Positions 1-15,905 of a stretch of DNA of 64,000 nucleotides are shown here, piece after piece. How positions within the stretch are numbered: the stretch's first letter is position 1; every line of letters begins with the position of its first letter. Under the pieces are notes generated by a model, which was given only the letters and a program-made list of their open reading frames with translations, was not told the origin of the DNA and ran no database searches. A program made the translations under genes and the position numbers. The stretch lies in the NCBI RefSeq assembly GCF_009914755.1, contig NC_060927.1, one strand, 5' to 3'. Origin of the DNA: the human T2T-CHM13v2.0 reference genome, Homo sapiens.

Positions 1-89
1 TAGTACTTATTACCAGCAGGATAGTGAATGAGAAATTTCCACACTCCATCTTACCACTTATTATTTTAGGCCACTCTCAGTACCAGCTT

Positions 90-562
90 CCAGCCTAGGT
101 CCTCCTAGAAGCAAACATTAAGACTGGATTTTGATGTACATGCAACTTATTGCAGGGAATGCCTTTGAAGGATGAAGTGGGAAAGAGCAAAAGTGGACAG
201 AGAAGGCATTCTGACTATGATGCATGAATGATCCCTGTGAAAAAAGGAGGGAATAAAGGATGAGAAAGAAAGAGCCTCAAACTATAGTGTAGTTCCTCAG
301 TCACAGCCTACATGGAATCTCTTATAGTTTTCCCATGAGAGACAGATTGTCTATTATAGGAGTCCCACAGGAATGATAGTTATCTGGCTCTAGCATTCCC
401 CACTGTGTTCCAACACTGGCTGGAAACGTCTTGCAGGAAAAGTAGTCTTGCTGAATGCCTTCGTGTTAAGATTGAAGTATATTTAAAAGTATGACAGTCA
501 GGGTGTCCCCCACTGCAAGTTCTCCTGAAGGGATATGTGAAGTGCATCCCCATATCCCCACA
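90..562 (-). mobile_element. LTR16-like ERVL solo LTR relic
   Basis: Reverse complement of 510-562 (tggggatatggggatgcacttcacatatcccttcaggagaacttgc) resembles the LTR16 5' end; 95-160 resembles the 3' end. Family assigned from memory. Confidence 0.55.
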
Positions 563-1064
563 GTAAACATTAATCTGCAATTTTTAGCAATGACATTATA
601 AAGTCATTCTCAGAATTAAAACAAGGGTCTAAAACATAAGAACAATAACGTATAGATTAGGGGATATACTTTAACATAATGGAAGAACACCACCCTAGAA
701 TTCAGGAGAATTTTGCTTTGTTTGTTATCAGTGGGTCAAGTTACATAGGTCCGTGAAGCTCTATTTTTCAATAAGTTAAATAAAAATAATAGAGTGAAAA
801 TCTCCTATCTAGAACTATTGAACTGGTTATTTAGGAAAAAATCACTTAATGGGTAAACACATTTTAATGATTTATTTATGTCATACACGCACACACACAT
901 GCACACACACATAATTTGAACATTTAAACAAGGTGCATGTCATTACAACCTTTGAACTAGGATCCATATGTTTGAATTTATATTTGCTAATTGGAGTTCT
1001 GACTTTTTATTTTTGCAGTGTGATTACAGAATCCAACTAGGGTTTTTTAATTAATTAATTATAT

Positions 1065-1695
1065 TATAAATGAAAATATTGTAGTTGGATATATTTGTAA
1101 GGTACAAAGTGATGTTTTGATTTATGAATGCAATGTGGAATAATTAAATTAAGCTAATTAACATGCTCATCACCTCGAATGCTTAGTATTTGGGAGGGTG
1201 AGAACATTTGAAATGTGTTCTCTGGTAATTTTTAATGCGCTATACACTATTATTAACTATATTCACCATGATGTACAATAGATCTCAAAAAATATCTAAT
1301 CCTTCTGTCTAACTGAGGCTTTGTACCTTTCGACCATCATCTCCTCATTCTCACTACCCTCTAACCTCTGGTAATCACCACTTGACTCCCTGTTTCTATG
1401 GGCTTGTTTTAGATTCTATGTATAAGGGAGAACACAAGGTGTTTGTCATTTCTGTGCCAGGCTTATTTCACTTAGTATAATGTTCTTCAATTCCATCCAT
1501 GTTTTCCCAAATGACAAGGCTTCTTTCTTTTTTTAAGGCTATTTAATAGCATTCCATTGTGTACATATACCACATTTTATTTATTCATTCATCTGTTGGT
1601 AGACACCTAGGTTGATTCCATAACTTGGCTGTCGTGAATAGTGCTCAGTTAACATGGGGCTGCATACATCTACTCATTACACTGTTTTCAAATGG
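1065..1695 (-). mobile_element. Old L1 3' end (L1MA7-9-like)
   Basis: Typical antisense L1MA 3'UTR and ORF2 end: 'gtgagaacatttgaaat', 'ggcttatttcacttagtataatgttcttcaattccatccatg', 'gtacatataccacatttt'. Confidence 0.8.
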
Positions 1696-2334
1696 TAATT
1701 TTCCATTTTTCACCAATCTTACACAGTTATTTTTCTGTACCTTATTTGATAGCAACGTTTAAGCAAGTCAGCTTACTTAAACTGTCCCAAGCATTTAAGA
1801 AGTTTTCATGGAAACCAGCACTCTTTTTGCAGTCATTTTTAATCTGTATATACAATTATTAATGGAACAGGTTTAGAACCAATTCTTGGTAAAATGCAAC
1901 TCAAGTACATTGACACTCCAGAAATTAGCCTATAACCTGGTAGAATTTACTGTGCATATAGACATAGAATAGAGCTGTGATTACACAGAATAGGTTACAT
2001 GAAGACAGATTAAGGAAGCATTCACAATTCTCAATGGGATTTTTAAGATAATAAATGTACAAGTCTATGCTGGATTAATTAATGAATTGATAATCCACAG
2101 GTACCAATAACTTGATTAATTTTTAAAATTTTATACTTTATATATGTATTTCTCTATATTGTGATTGACTTTTAACTTTTCTCTACCAAGACATTGTTTC
2201 TATGAAACTCCATGTTAGAATCATTTTCTTACACAAGTACGCACATTCACTAGATATTTTCAGAGAAGGCACAAGTTCTCCTTTCTAAAAAGGCATTCAT
2301 ACCCTTGCTTATCTTCCTTGGTCTCTCCAGTGAC

Positions 2335-2598
2335 CAGGTATGTTACACACGTAAACGAGCATGTCACTGGGGTTTGGTGTATTAATTATCCCATCACCCA
2401 AGTAGTGAGCATAGTACCTGATAGGTAGTTTTTCAACCCATGCCCCCCTCCTTCCCTCTCCCCTCTAGAAGTCCCGAATGTCTATTGTTGCCATCTTTAT
2501 GTCCATGTTTACCCAATGTTTAGCTCCTGCTTATAAGTGAGAGAATGTAGCATTTGGTTATCTGTTCTTGCATTAATTCACTTGGGATAATGGCCTCC
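2335..2598 (-). mobile_element. L1PA13-16-like 3' end fragment
   Basis: 'catcacccaagtagtgagcatagtacctgataggtagtttttcaacc...tttagctcctgcttataagtgagagaatg' matches the old L1PA 3'UTR in antisense. Confidence 0.8.
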
Positions 2599-2789
2599 TG
2601 CTTATCCAACAATTTGAAAAGGAGAACAGGCCAGGAAAACTGACCAACAAATAGGAGCAATGCTGCTTCATTTAAAACTATCAAGTTCCCTTTTCTGCTT
2701 CACCTAATTGGGTGCACGTTCTCATGTCCTTTTTATCACAAGGTCAGAACCAAATGCCTACATTATTAAATAGTCTTTTAGCTGACAAG

Positions 2790-3280
2790 TTCAGTGCAAC
2801 AACTAATTATGACATTTTATCATGTGCTGGGCATTATGGAAAAATTTTAAAAAGGTTAATATAGTCCCTATTTTAACAAAGCTGACAATAAATTGGGTAA
2901 TTTTAAGAGATACAAATAATCGCAAAAGGCAGGAAATATATTAATTTAAACAAATTTTTTCAATTATTTAAAAAGTAACATTATGTAAGGTATAATAGCA
3001 ATTTAAGAAAGGAAATTATGAGGCCAACATTTGGGCCAAAATTGAGAGAATGAGAAAGAGCAACCAAGCAAAGATCTGTATGAAGGACATTCAAAGCAGA
3101 ATGATTAGAAAGTATAGAGTCCCAGAGACAGAAATAAGCTTTCTATAACTGAGGAATCCAGAGTAGTCCAAAGTTGCTGGAGTATAACAAGCTCAAGGGA
3201 TTATGGTGTGAGGTGAGGTCAGAGGGCAAGAATTCACAGACCAGGGGATCTTTTCGAGGTTGTAGAGAGCTTGTAGAGGC
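2790..3280 (-). mobile_element. L2 fragment
   Basis: Purine-rich degenerate L2 antisense motifs such as 'gacattcaaagcagaatg...agtcccagagacagaaataagc...gctggagt'. Confidence 0.55.
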
Positions 3281-3284
3281 ATTT

Positions 3285-3850
3285 AATACATATTTTTAAT
3301 GAATATGTATAATATACATATTATACATTATACATTATTCAGTACACATATTAATGAAAAATTCATTAATATCATTACTATTTGATTAACATATTAATAT
3401 ATAATATATATCATCTATACATAGTCATATCATTTATCATATATCATAAACATTATATATTATACCGTATCAGATAATATCTATAATACCTCATATATAT
3501 GGTGTGTATATATGATATAATATATAAATGAAATTAAATGACATAATAACACATTATATATTATATTACATATGATATTAGATATATATGATATATTATA
3601 TATTAGTGTTATTATATATGATATAATATTATATATGAGATAATATATAATAATGACATATATTATATATTAATGATATATATTATATATAATACAATAT
3701 ATCATATATGCATACATTGTGTAGTATATGATATATATGATATATGATATATAAATGAAAAAATATGTTTATGATATGTATAAATGAAAATATATATTAA
3801 AACATATGCACATCATATATATACATATACATACATACATACATTTAAAC
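3285..3850. repeat. AT-rich low-complexity / degenerate (TA)n tract
   Basis: About 560 bp of tatat/tataa/atatga units with very few G or C. Confidence 0.9.
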
Positions 3851-4089
3851 AATGAAAAAATAAGCATACATTCCTTGTTTGTGGCTAAAGTCACAGAATC
3901 CAGTGTTTGGAATATTTTTCTGTTTGAATTTCCCTGACTATGATTATTTTGTGATTTTATCCATTTATCCCTTACTTTTGTAGGGCCTGGGACGCAGGGA
4001 TCTATCTCATGAAGTTTTGACACGAAAAGTGAGTGAAGAGACTGATACCCTAATATGGCCCATAGATATGCCATAGACGAACAATGCTC

Positions 4090-4430
4090 AACAAATTCTC
4101 CAAGTACTCTCCTACATGTCCTAGCTTCCTTTGCCATTAAGTTGGGGTCATGGGACTAGTTCTGGCAAATGAATTGTGCAGAACTATGAGTACTACTTCT
4201 GGGCCAAGGCAGTTAGGAGACGACTTGCCTCTTTCATCTCTCTTTCTGGCTTGGAAGCCGTGTCTTGAGATGGTTGTCACAGCTGGGTGAATCCTGTTTT
4301 CTAAGTCCAAATGTTTCCCAAAAATCAGCATCACAGTTTTCAAGAAGAAGTAAGGTTTTCTGCCAAGCCATTGCAATTTTTGAAGCCCTTTTTAATTGCA
4401 GCTGCTGGAATTGGTTACTTTGATTAATAA
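4090..4430 (+). mobile_element. MLT1I/J-like MaLR LTR relic
   Basis: 'ttggggtcatgggactagttctggcaaatgaattgtgcagaa...acttctgggccaaggcagttag' and 'aagccattgcaatttt' are typical MLT1 motifs. Confidence 0.65.
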
Positions 4431-4579
4431 AACAGGCAACTTATTTCTCCAGCAAGCAGAGGAAAATGAGCCTAAAGAAAGTCTCATTCCACACCACAGT
4501 TAGAAATGCAAGATATACTTCATTCCACTCACTACTATAGTATCACCATGTGTGAAGACCTAACAATCCTTCACATTTG

Positions 4580-4772
4580 CTTAACAATTTAGAAGTTACA
4601 AGAAATATTCATGCGTATTATCCCCTGTGATCTTCACTAAAAAGAAGCAGGATGACAATTACATTCCCTTTTAACCAATGAAGAAATTGAATAATGAAGT
4701 TAAATATCCTGCTCAATGTACCTAGCTACTTAAAAGAATGCATTCAGACTTCAGAGCTCCTTATTCCACTAC
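4580..4772 (-). mobile_element. MIR SINE
   Basis: Degenerate MIR core: 'cccttttaaccaatgaagaaattga...agttaaatatcctgctcaatgtacctagcta'. Confidence 0.6.
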
Positions 4773-4939
4773 AATCACATGTGTGTATGTATGCAAATAC
4801 ATAAAAATATATGTGTATGTGTGTGTGTAATTTGTCAATACAAACAATTAAATGCTGATTTCTTTTTCTCATAATTTGATTTCGAAGTTTCTCACCTGGA
4901 GTTCCCCAAAATATTGTTAATTATTTATATACAAAGTGA

Positions 4940-5135
4940 CAGAGGATTATGGAAAAGATGGGGGTCTGCGAGTCAGAATATCTATGGATGAGTCTTGGCT
5001 ATGCTACATGCAAGTTGTATGTCCTTAACTAATGCCTGGTTAACTAATGCCTCTGGGTTTCAGTTTCCTTATCTATGAAATAAAGTCACTGGGATAAAAA
5101 AAATCTCTAATTATCTTCACAGTTTGATATGCTAT
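4940..5135 (+). mobile_element. MIR3/MIR SINE
   Basis: 'ctctgggtttcagtttccttatctatgaaataaag' MIR core with a MIR3-like tail. Confidence 0.65.
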
Positions 5136-6294
5136 ACTTTTATGTCAAAACTTCTAGATGATAGCTAAGCAGTAGCTTAGCAGTTTACTCCCCACTCTGA
5201 GAGCAGTCAATGATGATGATTATAACAAGGTTTTACAGATACATTTTTATAATTTAAGGAGATAGAAAGAATCAAGATATAGTTTAGAGAAAAGCTAGCA
5301 GATGGAGCTTTTAACTGTAAGTCTGTAAGTGGTAGTTAACTGTTGGCATTTTATTTTCAGGACAGTTGTTCCAATATAGCCTTGTCAGTAATAAAATAAT
5401 GTTTCATTGTGCTATTAAAAAAAAGATATATTTTAAATGGACTTGATGATTATTTTAAGTCAGTATCTTTCAATGAAACCACTTGAAAATTTTCACCTTT
5501 TGAACTCCAGTTTTTAAGGTTATTTTTCAAGAGCCATAGGTAAAGTGCAATACAAAGACGTATTAATAGATGTTCATTCTCCCTTCATTATCAACTTCCT
5601 TCCTCACTCTAGGCAAGTAAATTTGCTCCTATATTCCTCATTTTTTGAAAACTTATTCGATTATATTTTCCTACTGCAAAAAATATCATTATAAAGAGTT
5701 CTTAGAAAAATTATGAAAACACACATTTTTATTCTCTTGGCTCATAATGATTTGAATAATAATTTATTCAATGTGTTTTATTGATAATCTACTAAGTGTT
5801 CAGCCCTTTCCTTCACTTGGAGTATTTGGAAAACATTTTGATCTTCCTAGTCTATTCTATTCTCTACTGACTGTAATGGTCAAAGGAAGGATTCACTTCC
5901 AAAAATCAGTTACTTTTCATCAGCCTTGTGCTTAGGGAACGGTATGAAGTAGGCAACATTTAACTTCTTCTTGCCCAAGTTTCTCTTCCTGGACTCTTAG
6001 CTCTTCTTATACCTATTTTTAATATCTCAATAAACCTATTCCCTCCCAACTCTCTCCCATAACAGTAATCAGGCTCTCTTCTAATATATTGTTTCCCTCA
6101 ATGTTCCCCTCCACCTGTAAAGGTATTTTTGGGGAAAGATCTGACAAATATATTCCTTCATATATGTAAATAATTGCAAGTATATAATAATTTAATAAGG
6201 GAATGTAGTGTATCAAACCCAAAGAAAAAACATGATTTAAATCTGTCTCTGAGTAGGTAGAATTTGAGATTTTAAAACCAAATTGTGAGGGAAC

Positions 6295-6525
6295 AATTCT
6301 ATTTATTGAAGGTACACTGTGCACCGGATGCTGATAATGGTGATTTCATGTATATTCTCTGTTTTTATCTGTATAGTAACCTCATGGTTAGATATTCCGC
6401 TTTTTGTATATATAGATAGAGAACTGTGTTTGAGAAAGATTAAGCAATATGCTGAAGGTTACAAAGTCCGTAAGTGGCAAAACTGGGATTCATATCCAGG
6501 TCTGCCTGCAAAATGTGCACTTTTC
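6295..6525 (-). mobile_element. MIR SINE
   Basis: 'atttattga...gagaaagattaagcaatatgctgaaggttacaaag...gtaagtggcaaaactgggattcatatccaggtctg'. Confidence 0.7.
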
Positions 6526-7149
6526 TTTTTAATTGCATTGTATCTTTGTGCTTCAGAAATGATGTTTTGGAAAGAGCTATAAACCCCTGAGGCTGGTCAT
6601 GTTTAAAGCCCTACAGAAGTACACTTTTAACTTTCATTATTGCCATGTGACACTATTTAAATTTTAAAACTTCTCTCACAGTTTGAACCATATTTTCTCA
6701 TTCAGTCTGGATCTCATATAAATGAAAATATTCTGCAAAAAAAAAAAAAAAGAAAGGCAGCATTTAGAACACTACAACACAATGGTGATTACATTAAACA
6801 CTACTTAAACCCCAGATTTATTTTTTTCAGCTTATGTAATGTAACTTTTACAAAAATATAAACTCCAATGAAAATAATACAAATTAATTTCCTTTTTCTG
6901 AAAGCCTCTTTCTAAAAGGATGAAATGAAAGCTTTATTGTTTCTATCTTCAAGGAGGATCTGGCCTATTTCATTTTTAGCTTTCTAGCCTCTGCAGCAAA
7001 ACAAGCTACACTACATAAAGTTTGGAACTGGATAAGCCAATCAACTCGATCCAGTACACTGCTACATTTTATTGTGTTAGAATACCTTAAGGTTGAGATT
7101 GAACCTATGCGAAGTCTGAAGAAAGATTAAAAAATAATGGTGAGTTTGA

Positions 7150-8375
7150 AAGTATGAAGTCAAATATAAAGAACTTCCCAATTCTTTTTACCAAGACAGC
7201 ACTAACCAACCTCATAATAAAGGAAAAGAAATGCAAAACAATCTCATTTATGAATGTAAGAGGAAAAAATCCTAAGAAAAATGTAAGCAGAACACATCGT
7301 GACATTAAAAATAACAATATACCATGACTCAATAGAGCTTTTTTCTTGAATGTATAGTTCAAAATTCAAAAAATCTGTTTACAGTTTTTCATATTAACAA
7401 GTATTAGTGTGTTAACACTAACAAGTTGAAGGCCATTTCAATAGGTGCAAATATATTCTGAAAAAAAATTCAACTTAATAACAATAGAATTTAAAAATTA
7501 TCAGTTATTTACAAATTATTATTGAAATCCTTTTCCTCAAAATAATCCTAAGATTACCTAAAAGTATAACCTTCTAATAAAAGTTAATAAAAGGCTGAAA
7601 AATTCAAATCATTGCAAGATTCATTATAAATTTGCAGTACATAAAATGTCATGATACTGTTAAAGAAACAAACATACCAAGAAAATAAAATAGGGAATGT
7701 ATAATAATATAAAATATAATATAATATTTATTAAAATGTATTATTCATTAATTTATTGATATCTGTCATTGATTTATTATTAATTATTAGTTAATTAATG
7801 TTTTACCATTTAGTATTTTGAGAAAGTGGTTACTCAGTATATTATTTTGTGACAAATATTGGGGCAAAAATTTAACAAAAGTTGAACTGTTATAAATCTC
7901 CAGATGGAGTTAACTAATTAGATAGAAAAATATATGTACATAACTACTGAGGGATAATTTAATTGATTATTTCTGCAATATTGTAGCAGGAAATTTTTTT
8001 TAAGGTTTCTCAAAAGCTATAAATTATCAAGGAAATGACTGCTAAATTAAAATATATTAAGACAAAAATGCTCTGTTGAGAAATTTGACTCTAAAAGGTG
8101 ACCATTATATGTTCCAAGTGAAAAAGTCATTTAACAGAGCAGTGTGTATAATTGTATTCTATTTGTATCTGTGTATGTGCCTCAGTGTGAGTCAATCTCA
8201 CTGTGACTTATACTTCTATAGAAGAAATGGCTTGAAGTCTATTCAGTGAAATGTTAGCAATTACTATCTCCCGGCAGTGGAATTATGTGTAGTTTTCATT
8301 TCCTTTCCATATTGTCTGACTCTTATATAATGATTACATACTGTGTTTACATATTTTTACAAAGCTATTTTAATC
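7150..8375 (+). mobile_element. Highly degraded L1ME-type fragments
   Basis: 7240-7360 aligns by eye to L1 ORF2 '[16 protein letters not shown]...HDQVGF' coding DNA; 8230-8375 resembles the L1ME 3'UTR end. Confidence 0.55.
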
Positions 8376-8869
8376 ATTGAGAAGGATTACCTTTTGTTTG
8401 CTTAAGATAATGTTTATAATTTGTAGTCCTGATTAACTTTTGGATGAAAACAAGGGTAAAATCTGTTTTTTGAACATGTTATAGTTAGATCAGTAGCCTA
8501 TGACTCTGAAATCCAAAACCTAAATCTTTTTTCTGAGACTTCGAGAGAAATTTTTCAGTCTATTCTCACTTGAAAAATAACTACAAGCTTCAGCATGTAC
8601 CTCGCCTATACAACCAACGTTAAATGTGTCTCTATTCCAAATGTGCATTCCAAAGTGCAGAAACACATTCAAACATTGTGCAAACTAAAGACTATTACAA
8701 TTGAAAAGAACAACATAAACAATGTTTTCTATCAAGTCATAGCTCAGGTTAATATTATTTTTATTGTGGTAAAATTTTATGTTTATAAAAAATCATTTTA
8801 TGCAATGTAAAATATCTTATATTAATTGATGTAAAGTTATTTTATACTAATGCAAAAACATTTTTTAAG

Positions 8870-9137
8870 GCACCCCTCTGTGAAAACATTCCTTACTACC
8901 ATTCCCATTTACCACTCAATTGAGGTTATTCTCTGTCTCCAAGTTTTTCCTATTACATTTTGCTTAACCTTTACTCTGTTTTTCATTATGCCATACTGTA
9001 CTGTACATTTCTCCATTGAATTTTAAGCTGCCTGTAAGGACATACTATATGCGTTTTTGTCATGCTGATAGCTTCTCATACAGAGCATAGTATACAATGT
9101 AAGTGTTCAGCAAATATTTATTGGATTGACTTGAATA
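8870..9137 (+). mobile_element. L2 3' end
   Basis: Ends in the L2 tail-like 'gtaagtgttcagcaaatatttattggattgacttgaat'. Confidence 0.6.
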
Positions 9138-10120
9138 ATCAAAAATATTAACGTTGCATGGTATCTATCATCTACCTAATCATATGTCTATCATTTTTCA
9201 TCTGTCTATCTTTCTGATACAAACAATTTGGGGTTAATGTCATTTCCAGGGAAAATAAAAATGTAATAAAATTTGTTAGTACATGTAGTTCTACTATAAA
9301 GGATAATTTATCAATCCATATAGCCAGTGGGATTATTTAAAATGTTTAGTGTAATTGGAACCCTGCCAATACATTTAAGATTATGAAATTCTCACAGAGT
9401 TTAGTAGATTTGGCCATTTAATTTGTTCCCTAAATATTTATTAAACATTTTTTTAAAAAACTCTGAGTGTTACATTAAACCCTGGGAACTCAAAGACTAA
9501 TATGGCATGGTACCTAAACTGAAGAGGCTTACAGATTTTTGGTTCGGACACAACATTCATCAAAAGTCACTGAAAGGCATACGGGTGCTACAAGCTAGAC
9601 GTTGGGGTACTAGTCCTATGGGGTACTTATGAGGAGTGTGAATCTAGGTTGGGGTATTCTGGAGTCCTTCTTAGAATGGAGTCAGTGCGTGTAGACATTC
9701 AAAACCATGTGTACGTGCTTTGCAAACTGTAAGTAGTATGTAAATATAGTCCAGCATTATTGATAAATACATTTGCTGAAGAAGTCTGCCTCTGAAAAAA
9801 GTCAGTTAAACTCTCTGAAGTGAAAAATGATTAACCATCTTTTCTAAAGCCAGCATTCCTTTCTTCTTGAATGGAATTCTAGACCATGATCTAGTGACTA
9901 ACTGGAAAACTAAGAGTATCAATGTTAAGGGAGTATCAAGAAAAGTAGAAGCAGAAAAAATTATTGACGTGTTGGGCACAGAATTTAAGTCACCTGGTTC
10001 AGTGCCACACATTGTAGATATTAAATATTTTATATTCAGTGACAGTCATAAACTTGTCCATTGTGTGTAAATAGTATTATGACTTTAACTCTGTGCACAT
10101 TAGAATACAGTTCAGTTGGC

Positions 10121-11025
10121 GGGGAGGAGCCAAGATGGCCGAATAGGAACAGCTCCGGTCTACAGCTCCCAGCGTGAGCAACGCAGAAGACGGGTGATTT
10201 CTGCATTTCCATCTGAGGTACGGGGTTAATCTCACTAGGGAGTGCCAGACAGTGGGCGCAGGTCAGTGGGTGCCCGCACCGTGCGCCAGCCGAAGCAGGG
10301 CGAGGCATTGCCTCACTTGGGAAGCGCAAGGGGTCAGGGAGTTCCCTTTCTGAGTCAAAGAAAGGGGTGACCAACGCACCTGGAAAATCGGGTCACTCCC
10401 ACCCGAATACTGCACTTTGCCTACCGGCTTAAAAAACGGCGCACCACGAGATTATACCTCGCACCTGGCTCGGAGGGTCCTACGCCCACCGAGTCTCGCT
10501 GATTGCTAGCACAGCAGTCTGAGATCAAACTGCAAGGAGGCAGCGAGGCTGGGGGAGGGGTGCCGGCTATTGCCCAGGCTTGATTAGGTAAACAAAGCAG
10601 CCTGGAAGCTCGAACTGGGTGGAGCCCACCACAGCTCAAGGAGGCCTGCCTGCCTCTGTAGGCTCCACCTCTGAGGGCAGGGCACAGACAAACAAAAAGA
10701 CAGCAGTAACCTCTGCAGACTTAAATGTCCCTGTCTGACAGCTTTGAAGAGAGCAGTGGTTCTCCCAGCACGCAGCTGGAGATCTGAGAACGGGCAGACT
10801 GCCTCCTCAAGTGGGTCCCTGACCCCTGACCCCCGAGCAGCCTAACTCGGAGGCACCCCCCAGCAGGGGCACACTGACACCTCACACAGCCAGGTACTCC
10901 AACAGACCTGCAGCTGAGGGTCCTCTCTGTTAGAAGGAAAACTAACAAACAGAAAGGACATCCACACCAAAAACCCATCTGTACATCACCATCATCAAAG
11001 ACCAAAAGTAGATAAAACCACAAAG
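10121..11025 (+). promoter_or_regulatory. L1 5'UTR internal promoter, with antisense promoter region near 10500-10700
   Basis: Intact YY1 motif aagatggcc at 10132-10140 and CpG-rich sequence; antisense promoter position inferred from known L1 5'UTR architecture. Confidence 0.85.
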
Positions 11026-12041
11026 ATGGGGAAAAAACAGAACAGAAAAACTGGAAACTCTAAAAAGCAGAGTGCCTCTCCTCCTCCAAAGGAACGCAGT
11101 TCCTCACCAGCAACGGAACAAAGCTGGACGGAGAATGACTTTGACGAGCTGAGAGAAGAAGGCTTCAGACGATCGAATTACTCTGAGCTATGGGAGGACA
11201 TTCAAACCAAAGGCAAAGAAGTTGAAAACTTGAAAAAAATTTAGAAGAATGTATAACTAGAATAACCAATACAGAGAAGTGCTTAAAGGAGCTGATGCAG
11301 CTGAAAACCAAGGCTCAAGAACTACATGAAAAATGCAGAAGCCTCAGGAGCTGATGCGATCAACTGGAAGAAAGGGTATCAGCGATGGAAGATGAAATGA
11401 ATGAAATGAAGTGAGAAGGGAAGTTTAGAGAAAAAAGAATAAAAAGAAATGAGCAAAGCCTCCAAGAAATATGGGACTATGTGAAAAGACCAAATCTACA
11501 TCTGATTGGTGTACCTGGAAGTGATGGGGAGAATGGAACCAAGTTGGAAAACACTCTGCAGAATATTATCCAGGAGAACTTCCCCAATCTAGCAAGGCAG
11601 GCCAACGTTCAGATTCAGGAAATACAGAGAATGCCACAAAGATACTCCTCGAGAAGAGCAACTCCAAGACACATAATTGTCAGATTTACCAAAGTTGAAA
11701 TGAAGGAAAAAATGTTAAGGGCAGCCAGAGAGAAAGGTCGGGTTACCCTCAAAGGGAAGCCCATCAGACTAACAGCGGATCTCTCGGCAGAAACCCTACA
11801 AGCCAGAAGAGAGTGGGGGCCAATATTCAACATTCTTAAAGAAAAGAATTTTCAACCCAGAATTTCATATCCAGCCAAACTAAGCTTCATAAGTGAAGGA
11901 GAAATAAAATACTTTACAGACAAGCAAATGCTGAGAGATTTTGTCACCACCAGGCCTGCCTTACAAGAGCTCCTGAAGGAAGCGCTAAACATGGAAAGGA
12001 ACATACAGTACCAGCCGCTGCAAAATTATGCCAAAATGTAA
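11026..12041 (+). pseudogene. L1 ORF1p, disrupted
   Basis: MGKKQNRKTGNSK... through ...LQNYAKM*. 1-bp deletion near 11230 (1016 bp vs 1017) plus CGA>TGA stops near 11352 and 11412. Confidence 0.95.
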
Positions 12042-12077
12042 AGACCATCGAGACTAGGAAGAAACTGCATCAACTAA

Positions 12078-15905
<3,828 letters not shown>

